64,000 bases of DNA from Octopus sinensis (Eukaryota), in contig NC_043022.1 of assembly GCF_006345805.1 (NCBI RefSeq), forward strand, positions 18,972,001 through 19,036,000, in the 5' to 3' direction. The position numbers and the translations under genes were made by a program. Positions 26,506 to 39,859 of the stretch are shown piece by piece. The notes beneath the pieces were generated by a model. That model was not told the DNA's origin and did not search any database. It worked only from the letters and a program-made list of their open reading frames with translations. How positions within the stretch are numbered: the stretch's first letter is position 1; the number at the start of each line of letters is the position of its first letter.

Positions 26506-26959
26506 CATTAAAAGAAAAAAAAAACAAAACAAAATACAGGTGCAGGAGTGGCTGTGTGGTAAGTAGCTTGCTTCCCAACCACATGCTTCCAGGTTCAGTT
26601 CCACAGCATGGCACCTTCGACAAGTATCTTTCGAGCCAACCAAAGCCTTGTGAGTGGATTTGGTAGATGGAAACTGAAAGAAGCCTGTCGTATGTATGTG
26701 TGTGTGTGTGTGAGTATGTGTGTGTGTAAGTGTATGTTTGTGTGTCTGTGTTTGTCCCTACACCATTGCTTGACAACCAGTGTTGGTGTGTTTACATCTC
26801 TGTAACTTAGCAGTTTGGCAAAATAGGCCGATAGAATAAGTACTAGGCTTACAAAGAATAAGTCCTGGGGTCGATTTTTTTGACTTAAGGTGGTGCTCCA
26901 GCATGGCCACAGTCAGATTACTGAAACAACTATAAGAACAGAAGAAAGAGAAAAGTTAC

Positions 26960-27105
26960 CTTTTTGAGATCTTCAGGTATGAAAAGGGCCACAGCAGTTG
27001 AATTAGCATTTTTGAAATGTGATGTTATTGACTTAATTACAGTTATCACTTCCTTAATGATTCCAGCAATATCTTTTTTCATTACCATCCAATATGGTGT
27101 TGTAC
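26960..27105 (-). CDS. Same gene, exon 8
   Basis: tctccag acceptor, AAG|gtaact donor, 146 nt, phase 1 to 0. GTTPYWMVMKKDIAGIIKEVITVIKSITSHFKNANSTAVALFIPEDLKK. Confidence 0.87.
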
Positions 27106-27162
27106 CTGGAGAAAAAAAATAATGAGAAAAATATAAATTTTATCCAGCTTCTGTTGCCACTA

Positions 27163-27430
27163 GTGAACAGCTCAAAGTGAACAGCACAAAGTGAACAGCA
27201 CAAAGTGAACAACTCAAAGTGAACAACTCGAAGTGAACAATTCAAAGTGAACAACTCAAAGTCAACAACTCAAAGTGAACAATTCAAAGTGAACACCTCA
27301 AAGTGAACAATTCAAAGTGAACAACTCAAAGTGAACAGCTCAAAGTGAACAGCTCAAAGTGAACAACTCAAAGTGAACAACCCAAAGTGAACAACTCAAA
27401 GTGAACAACTCAAAATGAACAACTCAAAGT
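27163..27430. repeat. 15-bp minisatellite (AAGTGAACAACTCAA)~18
   Basis: Direct tandem array filling most of the intron between exons 7 and 8. Confidence 0.95.
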
Positions 27431-27435
27431 CTTAC

Positions 27436-27506
27436 CTTTTGCGAAAAATGCAGCTGCAACAATTCGGTTTTTGGCTTTGATTCCTTCTATTAGGGCTGTT
27501 TTGATT
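27436..27506 (-). CDS. Same gene, exon 7
   Basis: ttccag acceptor, G|gtaaga donor, 71 nt, phase 2 to 1. RIKTALIEGIKAKNRIVAAAFFAK. Confidence 0.85.
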
Positions 27507-27564
27507 CTGGAATTATAAGAAAATATTTCAGTTTCATTGAAGAATTAACAATTCCCAGGTGAGG

Positions 27565-27872
27565 TTGTTTGTTTGTTCCTTCTCGAGCCATGCCTGGCTC
27601 ATAAGGGCCGGTGTCCCGGTTTCCTTGGTGTATAGGTTCCTCACCTGGATGGGACACCGGTCCATCGCAGGTGAGCTGCAAGATGCAGGAGGAAAGAGTG
27701 AGAGAAAGTTGTAGCAAAAGAGTCAGCAGAAGTTCACCATTACCTTCTGCCAGAGACGCGTGGAGCTTAGGTGTTTCACTCATAAACACACACATCGTCT
27801 GGTCTGAGATTCGAACCCGCGATCCCTCAACCACGAGTTCACTGCTCTAACCACTAGGCCATGTGCCTCCAC
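27565..27872 (-). mobile_element. tRNA-derived SINE family C
   Basis: Minus strand GGAGGCACATGGCCTAGTGGTTAGAGCAG...GGGTTCGAATCTC (A and B boxes). Related head at 59781-59910 (+). Confidence 0.75.
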
Positions 27873-28199
27873 AGGTGAGGTGATAAGTTATTATTGTTCT
27901 TTAACCCTAGGTTAGATTTGATTGAGCAGTCCTATGATCAAAGGCACTCCAGCATGACACACACGTCTTTTATGTATATCAAGGAAACTCCAGGTCACAG
28001 TATCTGATGTGTCCTTATCTAAAATGGTAGGGTTTGATTTGAGGTAAAATTGGCTGCTATTCCTTCCAGATCAAGTAACTAGATAGAGGCTCCTTCATTA
28101 AGGATAGTTTAATGATGGAAATTGATGGGAGAGGAACTGGATGTATATTAGTGTGTCTTTCTGCCTGTGTTTGTCCCCACTACCACTTGATGGATTTTC

Positions 28200-29230
28200 T
28201 TTCTCCATAGCATCTCTGTTTGTTGTCCATACAAAAGAATTTCTGGAATGCAATCATCTTACCTTTGAACAACATGCCCTATTCCATTTGCACTGAATTC
28301 TCAGCAGCATACTTTAGATACAAGAGAACTTTTCTAGAACTTTCACATTTGATATATTATACTGCTATTTTAAGTTGCAGATATTGTGCAGACAGCACGT
28401 GTGAAAAGTTTCAAGTTTCTTGACATGTCAGTAGTAGGGGGTTCATGTTTCTGCCTCATACAAAAAAGTGCTCAAAATACAAGATTTGTATAGACACCAT
28501 GTTCATCCCACACACAATGGGAAAGTTTTCCAAGGGCACTTTTGGTTTTAGATACTCAAACATTGCTATCCTCATGAAGAGGGGCTCTTAAAGTTAATTG
28601 TACTTCCAAGATTTTTAAAAGCCTTTTGAGTGGCTTGTTGTCTATCATCACATTTGAATCTTGAGTGTGTCCTGCCCCGGGTTTTAGTTGGAATAAAACT
28701 TCAGTCTCCTTGATGCTGATAGTCAACCTAAATGCATGAGCTGCTGTAGCAGGCCAGTCAACTATGTCCTCAATTCCCTCAAGTGTGTGATAAAATCCAA
28801 GTGCAATCATTAGCAACGAGAAAATCACACGGAATCTCTTTCTTGGTCTTTTTTTCCCTTTTGATCTGAAGTTTGCCATTTTAGGTTTAGTAGACTTCCT
28901 TCTTTTTGAAACTTAAATTTTACACCATGGGAATCCCTAAAACCATGCTGGAGCATCATTGAAAAAAATATGGCAAAAAGTACACGAGCTAAAACACAAC
29001 CCTGTTTGGTTCCAGTGGCAACGGAAAATCCCTCTGTACATTGACAACTAGATATCACTGTTGCCATCATTTCTTTATGCAGGGATGCTGCTACTCTTAT
29101 CGTTTTATCAAGACCATCTTTTGACAAAATTTTCCAAAGCACCTCATAATTCTCTGTATAATAATGATATAATAATGAGATTATTGTATACAGTGCACCA
29201 CAACTTGTCAAGTGCACCACAACTTGTCAG
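28200..29230 (-). mobile_element. RTE-clade LINE reverse transcriptase remnant
   Basis: FSVATGTKQGCVLARVLFAIFFSMML...GVKFKFQKEGSLLNLK and FRLTISIKETEVLFQ, with stops and frameshifts. Confidence 0.85.
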
Positions 29231-29279
29231 AAAGTGCATATAAAGTACATGCAGTAATGTAGAAATGTCTGGAAAGCGA

Positions 29280-29600
29280 ACAGTGTATGAGTCAGATAGA
29301 TGCTTGTGTGTGTATGGAGGGGAGAAAATCAGGTGTAGTGTTGGCGAATCTCAGGAAGCATGGAAGTTTTGAAGGATGCTGTGCTCCGACAACTAACAAC
29401 CGATGCCGGCAGTTTGTTCCATGCTTCAGCAACTCTCAGCGTGAAAAGATGTTTCCTGAAGTCATGGGAGCTGTGCTGTTTTCTTACTTTGTAAATATGT
29501 CCACGGGTGTTAGACGGGTGGAGTTTGAAGAGGCCTTGGTCAAGTTGACAAACACCAAGTACAAGCCAGTATTTTGCTCATGTATGCTTTTTTGAGTTTC
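29280..29600 (-). mobile_element. CR1/L2-type LINE 3' end
   Basis: Reverse complement encodes FTLRVAEAWNKLPASVVSCRSTASFKTS, the CR1 ORF2 C-terminal motif. Confidence 0.8.
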
Positions 29601-29604
29601 CAAT

Positions 29605-30080
29605 CATCATCATCATCATCATCATTTAACGTCCGCTTTCCATGCTAGCATGGGTTGGACGGTTCAACTGGGGTCTGGGGAGCCCGAAGGCTGCACCAGG
29701 CTCCAGTCTGATCTGGCAGTGTTTCTACAGCTGGATGCCCTTCCTAACGCCAATCACTCCGAGAGTGTAGTGGGTGATTTTATGTGCCACCGACACAGGT
29801 GCCAGACAAGGCTGGCGAACGGCCACGCTCGAATGGTGTTTTTTATGTGCCACCGACACAGGTGCCAGACGAGGCTGGCAGACGGCCACGCTCGGATGGT
29901 GTCTTTTATGTGCCACCGACACAGGTGCCAGACGAGGCTGGCGAACGGCTACGCTCGAATGGTGTTTTTTATGTGCCACCGACACAGGTGCCAGACGAGG
30001 CTGGCAGACGGCCACGCTCGGATGGTGTCTTTTATGTGCCACCGACACAGGTGCCAGATGAGACTGGCGAACGGCCACGG
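29605..30080 (-). mobile_element. SINE or LINE-tail family D with (GAT)n tail and internal tandem repeat
   Basis: CATCATTTAACGTCCGCTTTCCATGCTAGCATGGGTTGGACG...GGATGCCCTTCCTAACGCCAA. Copies at 8100-8340, 9150-9395, 19350-19860, 31500-31780, 47370-47535. Confidence 0.8.
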
Positions 30081-30719
30081 GCAAAAATTATGTTAACTGG
30101 GTCGTCTCTTCCGGCCCCAAAATCCATTTAGGGATTCAGGATATACATTGTTTGTTACGTGCTTATTGATGAAGTAAAGAATCACCCTCACAAGAGTTTG
30201 CAGCCATGCACAACAAACGTATTCCCCTGTGGTTATTACAAACACTCCTCTTCCCTTTGTTTTTGTATAAGTGTGTTATAGATGCATCTTTGAGCTGTTG
30301 GGGGGACAGATATAGCTTCCCAGATCAAAAGAGACCGTTAGAATAAGTACTAGGCTTACAAAGAATAAGTCCTGGGGTCGATTTGTTCGACTTAAGATGG
30401 TGCTCCAGCATGGCCACAGTCAGATGACTGAAACAAATATAAGAACAGAAGAAAGAGAAAAGTTTTTGAGATTTGTTCGACTTAAGGTGGTGCTCCAGCA
30501 TGGCCACAGTCAGATGACTGAAACAAATATAAAAATAGAAGAAAGAGAAAAGTTACCTTTTTGAGATTTGCCCAGCTTTCTAACAAGTTGCCTTCCACCA
30601 TTTTTGTACACTTCTATAGGAATAGAATTTTGTTCAGTGCCCCAGCATGGGCACAGTCTTATGACTGGAACAAATAAAAGATGAAAGATAGAAATCAAAA
30701 TAAGAAAAAGGCTCTCTAC

Positions 30720-30862
30720 CTCTGTATCTGCTTGGTGATGGATGAGAAAGTCTGTACAGGGCTCTTGAAGACATGCTTGATCGCTTCAATGACTTTGTTG
30801 ATTGAATCCCACAGCTGTTTCCCTATGTGTGGCAGAGTCACGGTCACTGAATCCACAATGCT
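30720..30862 (-). CDS. Same gene, exon 6
   Basis: ccacag acceptor, AG|gtagag donor, 143 nt, phase 0 to 2. SIVDSVTVTLPHIGKQLWDSINKVIEAIKHVFKSPVQTFSSITKQIQ. Confidence 0.87.
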
Positions 30863-30993
30863 CTGTGGACAATAAGAAATAAGATAAAATAAAATAAAAT
30901 AAAATAGGGGTGCTTGTGAGAGTAATCAGAGTTAATGATGACCACAATGATGATGGTGGTGGTGGTGGTGGTAGCAATGATGATGATAATGAA

Positions 30994-31031
<38 letters not shown>

Positions 31032-31394
31032 CGACAACGACAATGATATGAGTGTGTGTGTGACTTAGTGTCTCTGGGATTGTCACCCCTTCCTGCTGCT
31101 TGATAACCTGCATTGGTTTGTTTATGTTCCTGTAATTTAGTGGTTCAGAGAAAGAGACTGATAAAATATAATATAAGTACCAGACTTTGAAAGAAAATAA
31201 ACAAAAAAAAACAGAAACATAAGTACTGGAGTCAATTTCACCATCATCATTACCTTCATCATCACCATCATCATCATCATCATCATCCTCATCATCATCA
31301 TCGTCATCATTGCCATCATCCTCATCATCATCATCATCATCATCATCCTCATCATTATCATCCTCCTCCTCCTCATCATCCTCATCATCACCGC

Positions 31395-31436
<42 letters not shown>

Positions 31437-31482
31437 TGCCATCATCTTCATCATCATTGGCCTCCTCCTCATCATCATCATC

Positions 31483-31513
<31 letters not shown>

Positions 31514-31869
31514 TCATCCCATAACGTCTGTTTTCCGTGCTGGCATGGGTCAGACAGTTTGACCAAGAGCTGGCAAGCCGAGGGGGCTGCACCAGACTCC
31601 GGTCATCTGTTTCAGCATGTTTTCTACACTCAGATGCCCTTCCTAATGCCAACCACTTCACAGAGTATACCGGGTGCTTTTTACATGGCCCCAGCACAGG
31701 TGCTTTGCACACGGGTACTGGCAAGAGTGCACCTTTTTCGTGGTGCTGGCACAGAGGCTTTTTACGCGGCGCTGTCTGACTAAAACCCTTCAAGGCGATG
31801 CTCAAGCATGGGCGTACTCCAGTGACTGAACCAAGTAAAAGAAAATCAAAAGAGAAAAGGTTTACTTAC

Positions 31870-32202
31870 ATGATAGAATGTCAGCACATCGTGTACGACA
31901 TCCTGTATTAAAGATCGAACTCTCAGAACCACATGTTTGATGTCTTCAACCCATCTCAACCCATTTATATGGAGAATCTTGTGCAGAAACGCTGTGACTT
32001 TGGGCAGAATGTCCTTCATGATGGTTGGCAATTTCCGCACTGTATCTACAAGTTCTCCGATAATCCCGGAAGCTCCTCTTTCCTTGAACAGATTGATGAC
32101 ATTTTTAAAGCTTTCAATCCCTCTTTGCACTGGTCTTACCAACTTATCTAATATTTTATCAAAAATCTTGAGCACATCTTCCACATCGTTAATACCATAT
32201 TC
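31870..32202 (-). CDS. Same gene, exon 5 (amphipathic helical region)
   Basis: gtttcag acceptor, gtaagt donor, 333 nt, phase 0 to 0. EYGINDVEDVLKIFDKILDKLVRPVQRGIESFKNVINLFKE...VHDVLTFYH. Confidence 0.9.
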
Positions 32203-33630
32203 CTGAAACGATAGAAATGATTCGAAGAATTATTTACCAATTTCTATATCTCTTCAGCTGCTGGCATAAAACAAAAAATTCATAAGGTTACATTGGCACA
32301 CTGTCTGTCACAATGATGAGGGTTCCGGTTGACCCGATCAACGAAACAGACAGTTAGTGAAATTAATGCACAAGTGGCTGAGTACTCCACAGACATGTGT
32401 TCCCTTAACGTAGTTCTCTGGTTCTCTGGGAGAATCTCAACATGACACAGTATGCAACAAAGCTGGCCCTTTTGAATAAAAGGAACAATTTACTTGCCAG
32501 CAGAGTCGACTGAAGCAATGTGAAATGAAATGTCCCACTCGAGTACACAATGCACCACCAGGAATTGAACTCATGACATTATGACTGAGAGCCAAATACC
32601 CTAACCACCAAGCCATGTACCTTCACTCAACGTTACATTATAAGGCAGTGAGGAATGGATGGAATCATAAACATATTGGACAAAATTCTTAGATTGATGA
32701 AGGTTTCATGCTGGAATGGTTCTGAATACTGAGTTATACCTCACTATAATATACCCTTTTCAAGACTATTCTTTAAGACTGTAAGATTGTGGTTTCAATC
32801 CCTGGATCAGGCAATGCATTGCGTTTTTGAGGTAAACACTTCAAATCCCATTACTCTAGTCCCCTCAGCTGGTAAACATGTGTAATCCTGTGACTGACTA
32901 GTGTTCTGTCTAGTGAGTGGGGAAGCGGAGAATACTTAGAGGCATGCTTTAACAAAAGCTGAAGGGTGCTTCACTTCCAGTAGTCTTCCAGCATGCAGGA
33001 CACTAACCCAGAATTTCTGAGGGATTGTGGTGTTGCTAGATAGTCGTTGAACCTTTTCTGGGTTCATCCATCCTTTTGACAGGTCCTGCTTTTCATCCTG
33101 CTGGGTTTCTAGCAACCCTCCTCAACTAGCAACCCATCGCCACAGCCACCACCACTATCCTCACCACCACCACCACCACCACCACCATCATCATCACCAC
33201 CACCACCGTTACCATTACTACCATCATCACTTCCCCACTACCACCATCACCACAACTGCCCACTACCATCACCCCCACTACCATCACAACCACCATCACC
33301 ATCGCCATCGCCACCAGCATCAGCACCACAACCACCAGCACCACCACCACCACTACCACCACAATCACCAGCACCATCGCAATCGTCACCACCATCAAAA
33401 ACTACCACCATCATCACCATCACCATCACCACCACCACTACCACAACCACCACCACAAATGTCACTGCCATCAAAAACCACCACCACCACCTCCACCATT
33501 ACTACCATCAACACCAAGAACCACATTGTTACTACCACTACCATCACAAAACAATCATTACAACAGATAATTTTTTTTTTAATAATTTGCTAAAAAAAAC
33601 ACAGAAAGCAAGCAAAACTGCAAGTCTGAC

Positions 33631-33776
33631 CTTCAAAATATTCAGTTCATATTTGATGTGACCCCTGAAACAGAGTTTGGCACGAAATATGTCAATGTTG
33701 ATATGAAGAAGACCAACATGGGCCTCAGCAAATGCTTCGTCATGAACATCAATTTTGAAAAAGCCACTCTGTGTCC
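33631..33776 (-). CDS. Same gene, exon 4
   Basis: ttttcag acceptor, AAG|gtcaga donor, 146 nt, phase 1 to 0. RTQSGFFKIDVHDEAFAEAHVGLLHINIDIFRAKLCFRGHIKYELNILK. Confidence 0.87.
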
Positions 33777-35306
33777 CTGAAAATGGATTAATTACATATA
33801 TATGATTGACTTCAATTATTATTCATGCCTGCAAGGACAAAAAACATTAAATGATGATGATGATTAAAACCATTTTAATTTACCAAACTAAAATTTAATG
33901 AGTTCAAGCCAATCACCCAATGAGCATTTCTGCCAAATTTGATAAAAATCTGTTCAGCCATTTTCTAGTCATTTTGCAAACACACAGACGAAGATGAGCA
34001 ACTAAAATACCTTGCTTTCATTTAAGCGTGCAAGGTAAAACACAATGGCTTCAGATTCAGTCACACAGCCAGCATATTTTTTTGAAGGAAGGAATGAGTC
34101 AATACCCTCCCCCAGTGCATGACTGGTACTTTATTTCATCAACATTAAGTAAGATTTGAACAGAATGTAGAAAATCAGTCAATATGGACTGTCCACATTG
34201 CTCCATAAGGAGCAAAGGATCAGGTTCCCACTTTTCTCTGACATATATATTCCTCCCTGGATGGGGTCCCAGTCTGTTGCAGGATTATTCATTTCTGCCA
34301 GCTGAGCGGACTGGAGTAATGCGAGGTGAAGTGTCTTGCTCAAGAACACAATGCACTGCCCAGTTCAGGAATTGAAACCCCAATCATACAATGAGTTCAA
34401 CAGCCTAACCATTAAGCCATGTGCTTCTAAATCCTGTATGATGTTTAATGCCATCTCTTTAATGAGGGAGAAAGAGGGGGAGTGGGAAAGAAAGATAGGG
34501 ATAAAGTGAGAAGGGGAGACAGGGGAAAGAGAAAAGGATAGAGAGAAAAGGAGAAAGGGAGGGGGAGAGAGAGAAAGAGAGAAAGAAAGAGAGAGAAAGA
34601 GAGAGGTAAAGAGAGAGAAAGGGAGAGAGAAGGAGAGAGAGAAAGGGAGAGAGAGGGGGAAAGAGAGAAAGAGAGGGAAAGAGAAAGAAAGAGAGAGTGA
34701 GGGAAAGCAAGAGAGAGAGAAAGAGAAAGAACAACAGAGATAAAGAGAAAGAAAGGGAAAAAGAAAGAGAAAGAGAGAGAGAGAATGAGACAGGGAAAGC
34801 GAAAGAGAGAGAGAGAGAGAAAAAGAGAAAGAACAATAGCGGTAAAGAGAAAGAAAGAGAGAGAGGAAATTTCCCAACAGCCTTCCCTCCAACTCCTAGT
34901 ATTGCTTTAGTCCCTCCTTATAAGCAATTATTGTCAATCTAACACCAGAGAAAATAATTAAGCACCTCTCCACTTGTATTAATTACAAATGAGTCGTTAG
35001 ACACATTCCTGAACAGCAATGACACTACAGCTTCATGAACTGGGTTGATGTAAATTCCTTAACCCTAATCTCGTACTTGTTTCAGTCTTAAGGGCCTCAA
35101 GGGAGTTCAAGCCCCAAACAAATTAATTGCATTTATTACAATTTTAGAAAGAAAATGTTTGGCATTTATTCCCTCCATCACGAATGCCAAACTGATACAC
35201 TGGACATAAGCAACCTAACACCAGTTACAAAGTAATGGAATGAGAGACAAATACAAACATAATAACACACACACAAGTATATAAATGTGTGTGTGTGTGT
35301 GTGTGT

Positions 35307-35343
<37 letters not shown>

Positions 35344-36694
35344 GCACAAGCCAGGCATAGTCGTGTGGTAAGAAGCTTAGTTCTCAACCACATGGTTCTG
35401 GGTTCAGTCCCATTGCATGACACTGAGTGTCTTGTACTATAGCGTCAGGCTACGTTCTGAGTTCAAATCCCGCCGAGGTCTACTTTGCCTTTCATCCTTT
35501 CGGGGTCGATAAATTAAGTACCAGTTACGCACTGGGGTCGATGTAATCGACTTAATCCGTTTGTCTGTCCTTGTTTGTCCCCTATGTGTTTAGCCCCTTG
35601 TGGGCAGTAAAGAAATAAGAAGCTTGCTTTCCAACCACATGGTTCTGGGTTCTGTCCCACTGAGTGGCACATTGGGCAAGTGTCTTCTACTATAGCCTCA
35701 GAGCAAAACCTTGTGAGTGGATTTGGTAGATGGCAACTGAAAGAAGCCCGTCATATGCATGCGTCTGTGCTTGTCCTGCCCCCACCATCACTTGACACCG
35801 ATGTTAGTGCATTTATGTCCCCCCCGTAACTTAGTGGTTTGGCAAAACAGACCGATTAAGTACTAGGCTTACAAAGGGCTCCCGTCAACCAAATCCCCTC
35901 ACAAGACTTTGGTCGGCCCAAAGCTATACTCTTTACTCTTTTACTCTTTTACTTGTTTCAGTCATTTGACTGCGGCCATGCTGGAGCACCGCCTTTAGTC
36001 GAGCAAATCAACCCCGGGACTTATTCTTTGTAAGCCCAGTACTTATTCTATCAGTCTCTTTTGCGGAACTGCTAAGTTACGGGGGTCGTAAACACACCAG
36101 CATCGGTTGTCAAGCAATGCTAGGGGGACAAACACAGACACACAAACACACACGTACATATATATACATATATATGACAGGCTTCTTTCAGTTTCCGTCT
36201 ACCAAATCCACTCACAAGTCATTGGTCAGCCCGGGGCTATAGCAGAAGACACTTTTCCAAGGTGCCATGCAGTGTGACTGAACCCGGAACCATGTGGTTG
36301 GTAAGCAAGCTACTTACCACACATCCATTCCTGCACCCATGTTGTGTATTCTTTTTTTCATTATTTTTATAATTTGTTTGTATTTATTTTATTATAAATG
36401 TGAAACAACACCACAGAGGAATCGATGCAAGTTTAAATAATAAACCGCGAAAGGTGAAGCGCCATATAGCGAGGAATTACTGCAATGGAAACATGTTTGC
36501 AGTAACTTCGGAGTTTCAGCCAGCTTAGTCATCAGGTAAGCCAATGGTAGTCTCAGGGAGGTTGGCATCGAAATGGTTAAACAACAACAACAATAACACT
36601 GTCATCACCACACACACAGAGAATCTCCCAGAATTCTTTGCACTGCATTTGATTTCACTTCCTGTCGACTTAGCAACACAAGAATTCAACGTAC

Positions 36695-36873
36695 TCAGCT
36701 GTAATACCATTCCATTTTTGATAGTGATGCCAAAACTGGCACCAATCTTTGATGATCCGATTCCCTTTCGCCAATCCTTGCCTGGTAAATACAATCTGAA
36801 TGACATCTTTTTGAGAAAGTCGTTAACCACACCTCGTCGCATCCTCATTACGGTGGGATATGTATAACTTTTA
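36695..36873 (-). CDS. Same gene, exon 3
   Basis: tttccag acceptor, A|gtacgt donor, 179 nt, phase 2 to 1. KSYTYPTVMRMRRGVVNDFLKKMSFRLYLPGKDWRKGIGSSKIGASFGITIKNGMVLQL. Confidence 0.85.
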
Positions 36874-36887
36874 CTGGAAAAATACAA

Positions 36888-37560
36888 GAGAATAAAGAGT
36901 CAAAACAACTAAAGAATAAAGAATAAGGGATAGAGGCAACCAAATAAAGAATAAAAGCAAAAGTGTGAAGGATAGAGACAAAAGAATAAAGAATAAAAGC
37001 CAAAGAATAAAGAATAAGAGCAAAAGAATGAAGGACAGAGGCAAGAGAATAAAGAATAAAATCAAAAGAATAAAAGACAGAGGCAAACGAATAACGAATA
37101 AAAGCCAAAGAATAAAGTATAAAAGGAAAAGAATGAAGGATAGAGACAAAAGAATAAAGAATAAAAGCCAAAGAATAAAAGGAGAAGAATAAAGAGCAAA
37201 AGCAAAAGAGGAAGAAAAGAAGGAAAAGAATAAAGAATAAAGACAGAAGAATAAAGAGCAAAAACAAAAAAGGAAGGAATGAGGCAAAAGAATAAAGAAT
37301 AAAAACCAAAGAATAAAAACAGAAGAATAAAGACTAGAAGCAAAAGAATAAAGAATAAAAGCAGAAGAATAAAGAATAAAAGCCAAAGAATAAAAACAGA
37401 AGAATAAAGACTAGAAGCAAAAGAATAAAGAATAAAAGCAGAAGAATAAAGAATAAAAGCCAAAGAATAAAAACAGAAGAATAAAGACTAGAAGCAAAAG
37501 AATAAAGAATAAAAGCAGAAGAATAAAGAATAAAAGCAAAAGAATAAAAAAATGAAAGCA
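36888..37560. repeat. (AAGAATA)-based purine-rich satellite with higher-order units
   Basis: Nearly the whole intron. A longer unit containing AAGACTAGAAGCAAAAGAATAAAGAATAAAAGCAGAAG recurs three times at 37330-37530. Confidence 0.9.
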
Positions 37561-37574
37561 AAATTCTTTTAAAC

Positions 37575-37705
37575 CTTAGAATGATGTTGAAATGTTCTTT
37601 GGTAAGATTATCTTTCAGAGGATGTTTCTGGAAGATTTGGTAAGCTTCTTCACGAACATTATCATCATTGTCATGTATAGAACTTTTGAGTAATGCAGTT
37701 GAGCT
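37575..37705 (-). CDS. Same gene, exon 2 of 21 visible
   Basis: ccatccag acceptor, AG|gtttaa donor, 131 nt, phase 0 to 2. SSTALLKSSIHDNDDNVREEAYQIFQKHPLKDNLTKEHFNIIL, a HEAT-like helix pair. Confidence 0.85.
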
Positions 37706-38707
37706 CTGGATGGAGAGTAGAATAAAAATTAAGAGGTGATGGTCATTATATACTTATAATTTAGTCTTAATAATTCTTTCCAATGTTGGTATAAGGCCAG
37801 CAATTTTAGGGAGAAAAGGGGCAGGTCGATTATATTGATTTTTTAATTTTTTATTGACCCTGATTGAACAAAAGTCAAAGTTCAACATTGACAGAATTTG
37901 AACTCTGAACAACAGAATTTGAACTCTGAACATAAAGAGCCAGAAGATATGCAATGAAGTATTTTGTCCCTTGCACTGAGGGTTCAGCTGGTTTGTTGTC
38001 TTTAGGTAGGTTTTAATAATATTCATTCTTGACATTGAACGATGGTAATGCCACCAGAAGGCGGCAAGCTGGCAGAAACGTTAGCATGCTGGACGAAACG
38101 GTTAGCGGTATTTCGTCTGCCGCTACGTTCTGAGTCCAAATTCCGCCGAGGTCAACTTTGCCTTTCATCCTTTCGGGGTCGATAAATTAAGTACCAGTTA
38201 CGCACTGGGGTCGATATAATCGACTTAATCCGTTTGTCTGTCCTTGTTTGTCCCCTCTGTGTTTAGCCCCTTGTGGGTAATAAAGAAATAGAAATAGGTA
38301 ATGCCACCAGAAGGATGGGTTTGGCAAACTGAAGAATTGACCCTCATATAAGAATCACACACACACACAGAAAAAATGGTAAATGTCAGTCTGTACAGTA
38401 ATCCTTTGCCATGTCACACTTCACCTATCACACACTCAGTACGTCGCGGTTCATCTGTCATACACTCAGTATATTCCAAATTTTTTCGGCTAATACCCTC
38501 TTTTACTCTTTTACTGGTTTCAGTCATTGGACTGCAGCCATGCTGGAGCACCACCTTTAGTCGAGCAAATCGACTCCAGGACTTATTCTTTATAAGCCCA
38601 GTACTTATTCTATCAGTCTTGTTTGCCGAACTGCTAAGTTACAAGAATGTAAACACACCACCATCAGTTGTCAACCGATGTTGGGGGTGACAAACACAGG
38701 CACACAT

Positions 38708-38760
<53 letters not shown>

Positions 38761-39609
38761 TACGACAGGCTTCTTTCAGTTTCCGTCTACCAAATCCACT
38801 CACAAGGCTTTGGTCGGCCCGAGGCTATAGTAGAAGACACTTGCCCAAGATGCCACGCAGTGGGACTGAACCCGGAACCACTTGTTTGGTAAGCAAGCTA
38901 TTTACCACACAGCCACTCCTGCGCCTATCTAAATCTGTGCTCTTTTCTACTCTAGGCACAATGCCCAAAATTTTCGGGAAGGGGGCCAGTCAATTAGATT
39001 GATCCCAGTATGCAACTGGTACTTAATTCATCAACCCCAAAAGAATAAAATGCAAAGTCAACCTTAGTGGAATTTGAACTCAGAATGTAAAGATAGACGA
39101 AATACCACTAAGCATTTCGCTCAGCGTGATGTAAATTTATATTGCAGACACCTCAGTATATCTGGGTGTCTGTGGCCGATCGGTATTTATATTTTTTTAT
39201 ATTTTAATTTTTTCTGTGGGAGTTTTTGGAATGTAACACCCATGATAGTCGAAGGATTATTGTGTTTTGGATTCAAACTTTTGAAGGTAAATAAAATGAA
39301 TTTTAGTTTCAAATTTTAGAATAGGCGCAGGAGTGGCTGTGTGGTAAGTAGCTTGCTTACCAACCACATGGTTCCGGGTTCAGTCCCACAAATGGCAATA
39401 ATAATATACTCTTTTACTTGTTTCAGTCATTTGACTGCGGCCATGCTGGAGCACTGCCTTTAGTCGAGCAAATCGACCCCGGGACTTATTCTTTGTAAGC
39501 CCAGTACTTATTCTATCGGTCTCTTTTGCCAAACCGCTAAGTGTCAGCGACATAAACACACCAGCATCGGTTGTCAAACGATGTTGGGGGGACAAACACA
39601 GACACACAA

Positions 39610-39664
<55 letters not shown>

Positions 39665-39788
39665 TACGCAGGCTTCTTTCAGTTTCCGTCTACCAAATCC
39701 ACTCACAAAGCTTTGGTTGGCCCGAGGCTATAGTAGAAGACACTTGCCCAAGATGCCATGCAGTGGGACTGAACCCGGAACCATTATT

Positions 39789-39859
<71 letters not shown>

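Noticed and set aside
27163-27430. CRISPR-like regular repeats (also 29778-30080)
   Set aside because: No unique spacers, eukaryotic context and no cas genes; these are simple tandem arrays.
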